A DNA stretch of 63,323 bases, the filler included, from Chiloscyllium plagiosum (taxonomy: Eukaryota): the NCBI RefSeq assembly GCF_004010195.1. It is 5 parts of one record of this genome, joined end to end, with 100 filler letters (N's around TTAATTAATTAA, not from the genome) between each part and the next. Parts side by side here need not be neighbours in the genome. Positions count along the whole stretch, not along the records: positions 1 to 16,453 come from NC_057713.1; positions 16,554 to 31,970 come from NC_057713.1; 3 more parts are not named here. One strand, 5' to 3'. A program made the translations under genes and the position numbers. The notes beneath the pieces were generated by a model. It made no database searches and was not told the origin of the DNA. It worked only from the letters and a program-made list of their open reading frames with translations. Shown here in pieces: positions 11,434 to 23,085 of the stretch; the stretch's first letter is position 1; every line of letters begins with the position of its first letter.

Positions 11434-12774
11434 AGTCTGCTGTATAAAGAAACATAGAAACATAGAAAACAGGAACAGGAGTAAGCCAAAGACCCAAAGC
11501 CAATCATCCCTCAGTTTTCCCAGCATGTTCACTCTTTTTTTTCATAGTCTCTGGCATTTTGTGGGTAAGTTTTGGAATTTTCCAGTGCCATTTCTCTGTG
11601 GTTCATCCTTGTGATATTGCCACCTCAATGCTGTTTCTATTTTTTTGTACCAGTGCAACTAAGCACCATTTCTGATCAACTTATTAACTCAGAATTAGAG
11701 CTGGGGTGATATCAGGAAACACTTAGAGACAGAAGGAAAAGTGAAAATCTGGAGCCCTTTCTCACAAAAAGCCATTGAGGCAAAGGGCATGCGTGGAGGT
11801 AGGTAGTAAATTGAAAATTCTAAAACTGGGATTGATAGCTTGTTGTTAGTGTAGAATATTAAGGGGTATACAATCAAGGGATCTAGATGGAGCTCAGGTG
11901 CAGTTAAGTTACTATCTAATTGAGAGGCTGATTGACCATTTCTTCTTCCCATATTTCACAATGAACTGTTGTGGAAATTGACTACTCTAAGTCAGAATAT
12001 ATTGATTCAGTTTATATTCCCTTAAATATGGAAGGTTAATGGATGATTTAATTGGAGTATTTAAGATTTATCTACTTTATTACATTTTCAACTATGTCCT
12101 CTGCTGGGGTGTCTAGACCAAGGACCAAGCAAAGCCTAGACCAAGCCTTAAAATTGTAATTAGGTTAGTCATAGGCAATGTCAGAAAGCACTTCTTCACA
12201 TAAAGGATAGTGGAAATCTGCAACTCCCTCCCTCTAAAACCTGCTGAGGCTGAAGTCAATTGAAAATTTCAGAATGGAGATTAATAGATGTTTTTTGTGC
12301 AAAGGCATTAAGGGTTACTGAACCAGTGCAGGCACCTGGAGTTAAGATAGATCAGACATGTTCAGTTTGAACGCCTTGTTTTCCTTCTTGAAAAGGAAGT
12401 GCCACGTTAGCTTGTTTTAATGAATGTCTCTTAATGCTCAACATACTGGTGCAGCAGTAGCTACTTTACTGAGACTGAATTAAGAGACAGTGTGAAGACA
12501 GAGGTAGGATGGGAGTTTTAGATATTTTTCATCAACCTTTTCAGACATGTTACGTCACATATTTAGGGCAGCTGGGACTTTAACCTGGACTTTCAGGTTT
12601 GGAGGAAGGGACATGACCACTATACCATAAGAGCTCAACAGCAAATGACTCTTACCCAGGAATATCAAAATTTTAACAATGTTTCTGTCTGGTTGTGTAC
12701 TGGGCACTTTTGCTTGTTAACTGACTCTGATTATCATTGAACTGCAGAAACAAAGTACTGAGGATAGGAACTTT

Positions 12775-12992
12775 CCTGTGTGAGTTAGCTCAATTGGCTG
12801 GGCAGCAGGCTAGCTCACAAATACAAACATTGAGGGTTCAATTCCTGTACTGGTTGAGGTTACCCCTTTCTCAATCTCTCCCCTTACCTGAGGCATGGTG
12901 ACCTCTGGTTAAACTCACAACCCAGTTATTTCCCCCCCTCTCTCTGATGAGATAGCAGCTCTGTGGTCTGGTAGGTCTACGGCACCTTTACC
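12775..12992 (+). mobile_element. tRNA-derived SINE with ACCTTT-like tail
   Basis: A-box-like ttagctcaattgg, B-box-like gggttcaattcc and tail ggcacctttacct; paralogs at 18415-18605(-) and ~25935-26085(+). Confidence 0.6.
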
Positions 12993-13500
12993 TAATAGAG
13001 AGTGGGACTTTGGTACCTATTTAATCTATGCTGCATCTGTCTTAGGAGTTACTGGAATTGATGTCTGTTGCAAAAAAAGTAAATTGTTCAGTTCTTCAAG
13101 GTATATAAGAGTCAAAGAATTGGCTGGAAAATACTCATCGTTTTCAGATATTTGCTGTATATCATGAATCAGCTACAATACCAAGAGTTTTCCACTAGGT
13201 GACAGTGTATATTTCATTCTCAATTAACGTTGTTGTATTAGCAAGGTTGCGTTGCAAGTCTTGACTAGTTATTGGAAAGAATATTTTTCTGGGGACACAT
13301 TTCTTTCTGGGCTACTCACACAAAAGAAAAAAAAAGATGATCTGCGTTTATAAATCACCTTTATTTTTCTTCAGAAGCCTCCTATTCTCTCCAACCCAAG
13401 GACCTACCTCCATATGTCTTTGGATCTCATCAACTTATCTATTATAGAACCCTTTATTCTTGCCTTGTTTTCACCTCTAAATTTCACTATCCAATGCTGT

Positions 13501-13880
13501 CATAGAGTCATAGAGATGTACAGCATGGAAACAGACCCTTCGGTCCAACCCATCCATGCCAACCCGTCCATATCCCAACCCAATCTCGTCCCACCTGCCA
13601 GCACCTGGCCAATATCCCTCCAATTCCTTCCTATTCATATACCCACCCAAATGCCTCTTAAATGTTGTAATTGCACCAGCCTCCACCACATCCTCTGGAG
13701 CTCATTCAATACACGTACCACCCTCTGTGTGAAAAAGTTGCCCCTTAGGTCTCTTTCATATCTTTCCCCTCTCACCCTAAACTTATGCCCTCTAGTTCTG
13801 GACTCCCCGACCCCAGGGGAAAGACTTTTTCTATTTATCCTTTCCATGCCCCTCATAATTTTGTAAACCTCTATAAGGTC
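13501..13880 (-). mobile_element. CR1 LINE 3' end
   Basis: GESRTRGHKFRVRG...RGNFFTQRVV and a (CTATGACT)n tail. Confidence 0.9.
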
Positions 13881-14153
13881 CTGGAAGATCTTCCATCTTT
13901 CATATCCAACTCATTCAAAACTCCACTGTGTATATACTGTCCCACACCACGTTCTGCACATTCTTGCTGGCATAGAAACATAGCACTTAAGAGCAGGAGT
14001 AGGCCATTCAGCCCTTTGAGTCTGCTTTACCATTTGATATAGTCATAGCTGTTTTGCTAATGAATTCAACTCCACTTTCCAGTTTGCTCCCATAATCTTA
14101 CTGGACCAACAGGCCTCTCCAAATTTCTGTCCATTTTTAAAGACCTTCCTTAA

Positions 14154-14246
14154 CGAGTTTTGAGAAGGTTTGTAGCTCAGGTTGAGGTTTTGGATGTAGG
14201 TTTGCTCGCTGAGCTGGAAGGTCAGTGAGCACACTTACATCCAGAG
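14154..14246 (-). mobile_element. 93-bp PLE pLTR insertion with fold-back and 10-bp TSD
   Basis: Same tail as 6885-6935 and 39290-39345; TSD ccttccttaa at 14144-14153 and 14247-14256; internal 22-bp inverted arms. Confidence 0.8.
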
Positions 14247-15004
14247 CCTTCCTTAAAGACCATGTTTTGTCACCTCTCCTAGCATGGCATTCTTTGGCAC
14301 AGTATCCATTTTTAATACCACTTCTGCAAAGTGTTGTGGGGTGTTTTTCAATAATGAGTTTTTCATCAATGTAAGTTGATGTTGCTTCAGAATTATTTCA
14401 GAGAACTTCATACATCACTAAATATTGCGAGGTTTATTTGATTGTTATGTAATTCATTGATAGGTTATTCAATAAGATGTGGAATTTCAAGATCATTGTT
14501 CTTTCCCTAAGTTTTTTAAAAAATTACTGACACATGAGGGCTAAATTAAGCCAGTTCCAGTTCCTGATAGCAGATATCAATATTGTAATGCAGGATGAAC
14601 TCACTCTCCACCTTTACACTGCTAACAGTCATTGATTGAGCTGTATGTGCCATTTTATCTATTCTCATGATTTTAGTGTGAAACAGGTACAAACTGAGCT
14701 TCATTGGCTGCAAATATTTGCTTGCTGCCTAAAATTATATCTTTATATAAACGCTTAAAGCTTCTATAGACCAAGTTATTTGAAAGCTTGGTAGTGTTCG
14801 GTGTAGAATAGTTATCCAATCCTAGGTTGCTCAGGCAATTAGGACAAGTAAAATTGTGAAGGCTCTGGCTATGATTCTCTTGGATGCGGAAGTCATAACT
14901 AGAAATAAGTTTTGGAAGATGTTTCTCGGAGCAGCAGTTCAGTATGTGGGCAATAGTCTGACAATAGTCACAGTCCCAGTTCAGCTATTTGTCATTGTAG
15001 TGAT

Positions 15005-15377
15005 TGTAATGAGGTCAGCTAGGTGGACCTCATAGAATATAAATTCCTGTTTGGGGCTGTTAATCTGGTCCAATCAGGGAGCCCTGTCTGACAGAGAAGA
15101 TCAGGAGTATTTGGGATTTGAGGTTTGTCCTCATTTCCCTGGAAACTGGTTGAACGGGGCCTGGCTCCTCTCCCTTGTAAAATTGTTGTTTCTTTGTACA
15201 CAGCTGCTAATGTTAAGTGTTTTGTAAACTGTATTGTTTAATTTAAAAAATCAAGATCAGGAGTATTAGACATCCTGTTCACTCTGAAAGCTGGCTCCGA
15301 AGCAGTATCAAGGACTGTACCTGTGTGAATAAAGGGTGACTTGGTGATGGGATACCAGCCTCTGAGGAGTTATTTCA
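15005..15377 (+). mobile_element. Solo LTR with nested 141-bp retro-insertion
   Basis: Termini TGTAAT...ATTTCA, 5-bp TSD gtgat/gtcat, internal CCAAT and AATAAA; nested insert 15112-15252 flanked by a 15-bp direct repeat. Confidence 0.75.
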
Positions 15378-16112
15378 GTCATGATCTACTTGTGGAGCAA
15401 GTGGTCTGCTGTGGTGAAATAAACAAACACATGGCAAGTGTAAAGAATGTGAACTAGTTCATCAGAAAGAGTGAGGAAGAGCAATTTTAAAAAAAGGTAA
15501 CAGGTTCAGGAGTAGGCTTTAGGATATTTGTGCCCAAATCTTTGAAGATGGCAGATATAGTTGTGATGGTTATTAAAAGAACGCATTGGATTCTTGACTT
15601 AAAGACATTGCAGAATAGAATAGAAAAGCAAGGAAATTATGCTAACCCTTTAAACAACACTAAGCCCTGAACAGGATATTAACCTGGGTTTTATGTACCT
15701 CACCCAAATCCCCATTGAGTATGTTTTGACAGAAGGATGGAGATGAGCATTTAACATGAGATGGGTGGCCAGATCACTACCTTCCTGCTCATCCCTGACT
15801 ATTTTCCCATAATATCATGTATGGTTATGAGCCCCACTAGCCTTGCTGTCTTTAAGTCTGTTGAAGCTCTTTACTGTTTAATCAACTGTTTAATTCCACC
15901 TTAACTGCTGTCATACAGTTGAATGGTGGAAAGTGGCCAAATACAAGAAGTTTCTTTTTGCAAACTCTGGCAGAATGGAGGGTACACCCTGTATCGCAAG
16001 GAATTCCATAACTCTTCCAAGATGGTCTCATCTCTTTGTATTTCTTGTTGAGGCATTCAAAACCCAAACTCACCATTCCCATCTTACATTCATAGCACTG
16101 CTTGCAGTGTGG

Positions 16113-17088
16113 ATAAGACCATAAAACCATAAGACATAGGAGCGGAAGAAAGGCCATTCGGCCCATCTAGTCCACTCCGCCATTCAATCATGGCTGATGG
16201 GCATTTCAACTCCACTTACTCGCATTCTCCCTGTAGCCCTTAATTCCTTGTGACATCAAGAATTTATCAATTTCTGCCTTGAAGACATTTAACGTCCCAG
16301 CCTCCACTGTACTCTGCGGCAATGAATTCCACAGGCCCACCACTCTCTGGCTGAAGAAATGTCTCCGCATTTCTGTTCTGAAATGACCCCCTCTAATTCT
16401 AATGCTGTGTCCATGGGTCCTAGTCTCCTCGCCTAACGGAAACAATTTCCTAGNNNNNNNNNNNNNNNNNNNNNNNNNNNNNNNNNNNNNNNNNNNNTTA
16501 ATTAATTAANNNNNNNNNNNNNNNNNNNNNNNNNNNNNNNNNNNNNNNNNNNNTGTTGTTTGTTTCTTATGTATTGAAATAAACTTTTACTATCATTTCT
16601 AATATTACTGGCTAGCTTACCTTCATATTTGATCCTCTCCTTCCTTATTTCTCTCTTTGTTATCCTCTGTTTGTTTTTGTAGCCTTCCCAATCTTCTGAT
16701 TTCCCAGTGCTCTTGGCCACTTTATAGGATCTCTCTTTTTCTTTGATAGATTTCCTGACTTCCTTTGTCAGCCATGGCTGTCTAATCCCTCCCCGGATAA
16801 TCTTTCTCTTCTTGGGGATGAACCTCTGTACAGTGTCCTCAATTATACCCACAAACTCCTGCCATTTTTGCTCTACTGTCTTCCCTGCTAGGCTCTGCTT
16901 CCAGTCTATTTTCGTCAGTTCCTCTCTCATGCCCTCATAATTACCTTTATTTAACTGTAACACCATTACATCCGATTTTGCCTTCTCTCTTTCAAGGCAT
17001 GCAGACTGAACTCTACCATATTATGATCGCTGCTTCCTAAGTGTTCCCTTACTTTAAGATTTTTTATAAAGTCTGGTTCACTACATAC
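16113..17088 (-). mobile_element. CR1 LINE (ORF2 N-terminal part and 3' end) bridged by an assembly gap
   Basis: ORF 16502-16966 (LNKGNYEGMREEL...QPWLTKEV) and ORF 16206-16445 (RRHFFSQRVV) lie on the same strand either side of gap 16454-16553. Confidence 0.88.
16454..16553. other. Assembly gap with artificial TTAATTAATTAA linker
   Basis: 44 N + TTAATTAATTAA + 44 N; identical gaps at 31971-32070, 56651-56750 and 59596-59695. Confidence 0.95.
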
Positions 17089-17524
17089 TGAGTTGACACA
17101 GCAAGGATTGCAAGAGATTGACTGACAGGTCTCAAGATTTGGATGTTTTCTAGAGACGGAAGGACACTGAGGTTCTTCAGGCCACCTCCAATGTGTTGAT
17201 TCTGAATTATTTCAAAATCTACTTTTCTAATACTGGGGTGATAATATGCCCATCAGAAAAGCACATTTCATTCTGTTCAAACCTCAATATCACACTTTAG
17301 AAGGCAGCCTGCATGCCTTTCCACCTCTCTTAATTCGAGTAGATCACCTCCAAAATTATCTCCAGGGTGGGCTGGAGTTGGCATTAATTTCTGCCATTGG
17401 TATGAGTTCAGAAATGGGAGGCAGAGATTTGCATGAGCTGAACCTTAGACTAGGTGGAAAATAGGAACCTAGCAGAAGAAGATATCAAGATGTCAGAAGA
17501 GTAGGGCTTCTGTGCCAGGGCTTG

Positions 17525-18195
17525 TCGGCTCCAACCACTTTTTGTTTTTTTCCCTTTAAGTGTCTTTTTTTTTCCATACTTTATACTTCCCTTCCATTTA
17601 CGTATCATTGGGGGCGGTGAGGAATTCCAGCTTGAGTGGGCCCAGCATTGATCTTATGGTGGCAGCGAGTGAGCCCTTACTTACATTTCTGGGGCGAACA
17701 TGGGACCTGCCATGGAATTGTTGGCTGCTACATCAGTGGAGGCAACATGACGAAGTAGGCTCACCTGCGAAAGATGACACCTGAGGGTTGATGACTTTGT
17801 CGTTGGTTGGGTCTGATGTTGGCAGAAGGGCATCACAGTGACATTGATGAGGTGGGTCCAGTGGCGAGAGAAGCGACTCTGATATTGGTGAGTCCGATAC
17901 AGGTGGGTGCTGAGGTGGTGGTGGCGGGAAATCAGGCCAGTGGTGAAAGATGGCACCTGATCTTGATGTTGGTTGGGTCTGGTGTAGACTGTGGTGAGGT
18001 GGTGGAGGAAGGATAGTGGTACAGGCATCATTGATGATGAGTTGGCTCAATACTGATGGACCTTCTTCAAGCTAAATCTTTTTTTTTATTATTATTAAAC
18101 CTACTCAAAATGGTGCTAGATTGTTGCAACAGTGGAAAAACTTTTCACTGTATTTTACTGGTTTACCCACTACAAAATACACGTGACAATAGCAT
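17525..18195 (+). mobile_element. Non-coding G-rich retroelement with Rex/Babar-type tail
   Basis: Ends aaacttttcactgtatt...tacacgtgacaata; pyrimidine-rich head and G-rich body. Confidence 0.45.
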
Positions 18196-18414
18196 CATAA
18201 ATCATGACTCATGAAGATAGGAATAGGTAAAGTTCAGTGTAATCATGCTAAATAAATATTGATTAAATGAGGCTTAGTGCATTATTTTGTTGTGAGCTAA
18301 GTACATTCCCACCCCACAGGATTCCAATGTCTGGTATAGCTTTATCACTGAATGCACAGCATTGGGGATTTGAGCTAATCCCTCAGATTATAATTTGCAT
18401 ATCTTGATCTTGTT

Positions 18415-18605
18415 GAAGTGAAGTGAAAGCTATCGTCATCCCAGGGCACCATAGATTGCTTTCTCTTTAGAAAAAGACAGTCAGTGATGTGTTTTACCTG
18501 AGAGTCATCACACCTCAGGTGAGGTTGTGCGGTTGAGGAGGCAGGACCTTTGTGGGAACCTCAGCCAGTACAAGAATTGAACCCACATGTCCAGCCAACT
18601 GAGCA
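18415..18605 (-). mobile_element. tRNA-derived SINE (12775 family)
   Basis: Minus strand gctcagttggctgg...gggttcaattcttgtactggctgaggtt...gcctgaggtgtgatgac-like core. Confidence 0.6.
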
Positions 18606-20235
18606 ATGATGCTAAGAATGGAGACAGGGAGTAGGGAGATGAAGTTACCTGAAAACCACATTGTTGCCAAAAAATCATTAACCACAGTAATTAATATTTG
18701 AGTGCAGTACCTATTAACAGCTGTGTATGATTTGGCTGCCTGTGAATCCATTGTTGCAGGGGTTGCTGAAGAGCAGGAACCATTTATCAAAGTAACACAA
18801 CTCTAATCCAATAAATATTTGACATTCCTTTCAAGTAGTTAGTGGTCCAAGCATGGAGGCCTTTGACTCCAACCTAATTAATATAGATGCCAATATGTAT
18901 AGCTCTCCAATATTTCATAATTACAAAAATAAATATAACAGGATCTTTTGTATTAGAATGCACATTGTCACTCTGCTTTGAAACAGATTTTGTGATTGTT
19001 AAGTTTTTGCCAGTTACGTTTCATTCTTATTTTTGATACGTTACTTATTCCTTATTTGTCAAAGAAACATTTAATCAGCCGTAGAATCATAGAATCACAG
19101 CCTTGTTGTAAGTTGTCCTATAAATTCCTACAACAGCTCACTATGTCTTTAACATGAAATAATGTTTTGTGCTATTCTTGGTTGAAAAGGGAGTGTCATT
19201 ATGCAGGATATGAGTTGAATTGAATAACGATCCTTGTTGGTTGGTGATGAACCATGGAAACACTCCTGCAGCTATATTGTGTAATTCAGGCAATGATTAA
19301 CAGGCCAGTCATTCAGGTGAAGGGGAGAAATATTTACTAAACCTTCAGTAATGCACTTAGGGCGACGTAATAATGACACATGGGTCCAGGAAATCTATCA
19401 GTATATTAATGATACATACCATTATTAATATGCAAATCAGTTAACAATTCAGGGGATGAAGAGATACACGTTTAGATGTGTACAACTAACTTCTCACTGT
19501 TTGCCTCCCCATTATTTTTAAGTACTTGCTAAAGTTTTATATTAATAGTTCATTAAATAGAGAAGAGATGTGAGAGATTTGGCGACATAAATCATTCAAA
19601 GAATCATTAGAAGTTAACATGGTCATAAAAATGTCATCATAACAATGTGAAGCATTACAATGGTTTTGGAAAAAAGAGCAATATAAGACATTGGTCCTTG
19701 GTTAGATCACATTTAGAACATTCATCCAAAACATTCCAATAAGGGAGATATTTTCAAGCAAAACCATTTTATAAAATCCTACATTGGAAACACGGACTAA
19801 ATTTTATAGGGGCCTGAGTAACACGGACTATGGTGAAATTTGTGGCAGAATTGTTATAGAAGTCCAGTAAGGTTAATCTCAATCTCGTGAGCAGAAGCTT
19901 GAGTGGCTCGCTGGGATTCTCAATGGGAAGCAGTGAGTTGCCAAATAAGGTGGGTTTATACCTTGGTAAACCACTTGTTGGCTCCACAGCTTGCTGAGTT
20001 AATATTCAGCTTCCTATCTTATCAAACATACTGGGCAAGCCAGATTTCTCCACATGGGAGTGAGGCTTGTTGACTTCAACTTGACACAGGCTGCAAGAAA
20101 CTGATTGGTCTATGGATCAGTAACTAGTTGTCGGTGAGAAAGGCCTTCTGCATGCCAACAAATATGTGTTTGGTTCTCATGTTTCTGAACAGCTTAGGCT
20201 AGTGAAAAAGATAGACAAAAAATATCAGGCCTCTA

Positions 20236-20435
20236 GGTGAAAGTGAGGACTGCAGATACTGGAGATCAGAGTGAAGATTAGAGTGGTGCTGGAAAAGCAC
20301 AGCAGGTCAGACAGCATCTGTGGAGCAGGAAAATCGACATTTTGGGCAAAAGCCTGATGAAGCGCTCCTGCCCGAAACATTGATTTTCCTATTCCTCGGA
20401 TGCTGTCTGACCTGTGCTTTTCCAGCACCACTCTG
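20236..20435. mobile_element. Head-to-head inverted PLE pLTR pair with 14-bp TSD
   Basis: Left arm is the reverse complement of the right arm; hammerhead-like core CTGATGA-agcgctcctgccc-GAAAC at 20354-20378; TSD atatcaggcctcta/atatcagatctcta at 20222-20235 and 20436-20449. Confidence 0.85.
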
Positions 20436-20642
20436 ATATCAGATCTCTACCAGCTTAGAGCTGACTCTCTCTTCTCCAGGTAAAAGTCCATTTAAATCTG
20501 AAGAAAACAAGTTTAGAAAATATTCATTTCATTCTTGAGATGTGGGCATACCTTGGGCCAGCATTTATTGCCTGTCCCTAATTGTCCTTGATAAGGTGGT
20601 TGTGAGCTACATTCTTGAATCATTGCAGTCCATTTAGACAAC

Positions 20643-21368
20643 TAGGAACATAGAATATAAAAGCAAGAATAGGTCATTTGGCCCTTTGAGTCTGCTCTGC
20701 CAATCAGTATGATCATGGCTGAGTATGCTGATTCTGCTCTAGGCTCATACACCTTGATCACTTTAGCCTTAAGAATAATATCTGTCTCTTTCTTAAAAAA
20801 ATATTCAATGTTTGGGCCTTGACCGCTTTCTACAGTGTAGAATTCTATAGGCCCTGGGTGAAGAAATTTCTCCACATCTCATTCCTAACTGGCCTACCCA
20901 ACATCCTTTAATTGTGACGCTTGGTTCTGGACTCACTGGTCATTAAGAACATCTTTCCTGCATTTACCCTGTCTAATCCTGTTAGGATTTTATAGGTTTC
21001 TATGAGAGTTCCCTTATTAGAGTCATAGAGTCATAGATATGTATAGCACGGAAACAGACCCTTCGGTCCAACTCGTCCATGCCGACCAGATATCTCAATC
21101 CAATCTAGTCCCACCTGCCAGCACCTGGCCCATATCCCTCCAAACCCTTCCTATTCATATACCCATCCAAATGCCTTTTAAATATTGCAATTGTACCAGC
21201 CTCCACCACTTCCTTTAGCAACTCATTCCATACACGTATCACCTTCTGCATGAAAACGTTGCTCCTTAGGTCTCTTTTATATCTTTACCCTCTCACCCTA
21301 AACCTACGCCATCTAGTTCTGGACTCCCCCACACCAGGGAAGAGACTTTGTGTGTTTATCCTATCCAT
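20643..21368 (-). mobile_element. Two adjacent CR1 3' ends (20643-21015 older; 21018-21368 younger)
   Basis: Two separate CR1 3' UTR/tail sequences; the second is closely similar to 13501-13880. Confidence 0.8.
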
Positions 21369-21460
21369 GATTTGGAGATACCGGTGTTGGACTGGGGTGT
21401 ACAAAGTTAAAAATCACACAACACCAGGTTATAGTCCAACAGGTTTAATTGGAAGCACTC

Positions 21461-21489
21461 TAGCTTTCGGAGTGTCGCTCCTTCATCAG
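21461..21489 (-). ncRNA. Minimal hammerhead ribozyme motif
   Basis: CUGAUGA-a-ggag(cgaca)cucc-GAAA-gcua; palindromic AGCU in place of stem III. Confidence 0.65.
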
Positions 21490-22098
21490 GTGATAGTGGA
21501 GGGCACAATCCTAAAACACAGAATTTATAGCAAAAATTTACAGTGTGATGTAACTGAAATTATACATTGAAAAATACTTTGATTGTCTGTTGAGTCTTAC
21601 ATGTGTTTGAATACCATGATAGTTTCACTCCTATCATGTGTAAATCACAAAACCTTTTTTTTAAAAGTTGCATTTTCAGGTTAGCTGTTAACATGGGTGA
21701 TAGCTAGACAATATGTTGAAGGTGTTAGCCCCCGGTGTTCTCTGTCTATGCTATGATGTTTTAGATTGATTCTAATCTAAAAAGTGAGATAACGGAGTTT
21801 TACATGAATTCATGCAGTTTTTGAGCAAAGTACAATGTAACTCTGCAAGTACAAATTCACACCACAAAATATATGTGTGCATGTGGGTCTTTGTCTGTCT
21901 GTGTGGGTGTGTCTGTCGGGGTTGGGGGTTGTGAGTGTGAGAGAGAGTGTATATGTGTGTGTGTAGTGAGTGTGGAGTGTCTTAAGTCTGTGAGGGGGTG
22001 CATGTGTGAGTGTGGGAGTGTGTGTGCGTGTCAGTTACATCACACTGTAAATTTTTGCTATAAATTCTGTGTTTTAGGATTGAGTCCTCTACTATCAC

Positions 22099-22127
22099 CT
22101 GATGAAGGAGCGACGCTCCGAAAGCTA
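22099..22127 (+). ncRNA. Minimal hammerhead ribozyme motif
   Basis: CUGAUGA-a-ggagc(gac)gcucc-GAAA-gcua. Confidence 0.68.
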
Positions 22128-22239
22128 GCGTGCTTTCTGTTTCAGACCCTTAAATATTGTCATGCCTTGCTGCAGTTGCAAACTGTAAATAAAGATGCAA
22201 TATTTATGCAGTCACCAGAAAAATAAAAGTTCTTTTAAA

Positions 22240-23085
22240 ATAGTTATATAATTCCCCAATTTATCTGACTTTCAGACCCAGTTTAATAGAAAACATGGAC
22301 CAGGTTTCTGTACTTAATAAGGAATACTATTTAGTACAAATAAATGGACTCTAATGACGTGTTAACAATTATGAATTTAACACTATTATTTAAATGTCTA
22401 ATCACATTATAAATTCCTAGACACACACACACACACACACACGGACACACAAAGATCATGGGTGTCATGGATGGAGAGAAAAACTGGAAAGGAAATTCAG
22501 TAATCTCTGTTCACAGGATCTGCTGGGATCTTGGACTGATCAGAACCCTGCTTCTCAATTTTTTTTTGAATAAGGGGCACAAGGTGGCTAATTCACTTAT
22601 GAAATGCCTCTGACTTAATTCTCATCTTATTTCAACTGCTGAAGGTAATACTAACTAGTTTTCTTCAGGTTTAAAGTGGCTTTTACTAAAGGAAATAGAG
22701 AGAGTTCCTGAGCTGGTGGAGATCTGAAGGTTTCTTGTATCTTGCTCAAAGTCTCAGCTGTTCAACTACCACAGGATCAATCACACAGTTGATGGTAGGC
22801 AAAAGGCTTTTGCCATTGGTCTATGGATCAGTGACCAGTTGTCAGTCAACTGCTTGTTGCCAACCAAGGTTCCATCAGTACATAACCTTTCAGTTCCAGC
22901 TCATGTGTAGTCACACTTCAACTACAAATGGAACCAGCAGCTGTCTAAACAGCGCTTGAAATTATAGGTTACCTGCTTTCAAAACATGCAGTAATCCTCT
23001 AGCAATGCTTGTTTTGAAACAGTTCTTTTAACATTTCAGTCTTCAATTAAAAATACAGGAAAATACACAGGCACAATTTTTACAC
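22240..23085 (-). mobile_element. Probable old solo LTR
   Basis: Reverse complement of 22265-22320 (aagtacagaaacctggtccatg...ctgggtctgaaagtcag) is homologous to 40545-40595. Confidence 0.4.

Larger units (their letters stand above)
21366..22135. mobile_element. Non-coding PLE-derived element with ~105-bp inverted repeats, each carrying a hammerhead core
   Basis: Arms 21453-21557 and 22031-22135 are near-perfect reverse complements; internal (TG)-rich tract 21873-22030; second family member at 59298-59565. Confidence 0.85.

Noticed and set aside
19160..19500. Repeat-free block with octamer ATGCAAAT as a possible enhancer
   Set aside because: Single short motifs are expected by chance in AT-rich DNA; no conservation data.
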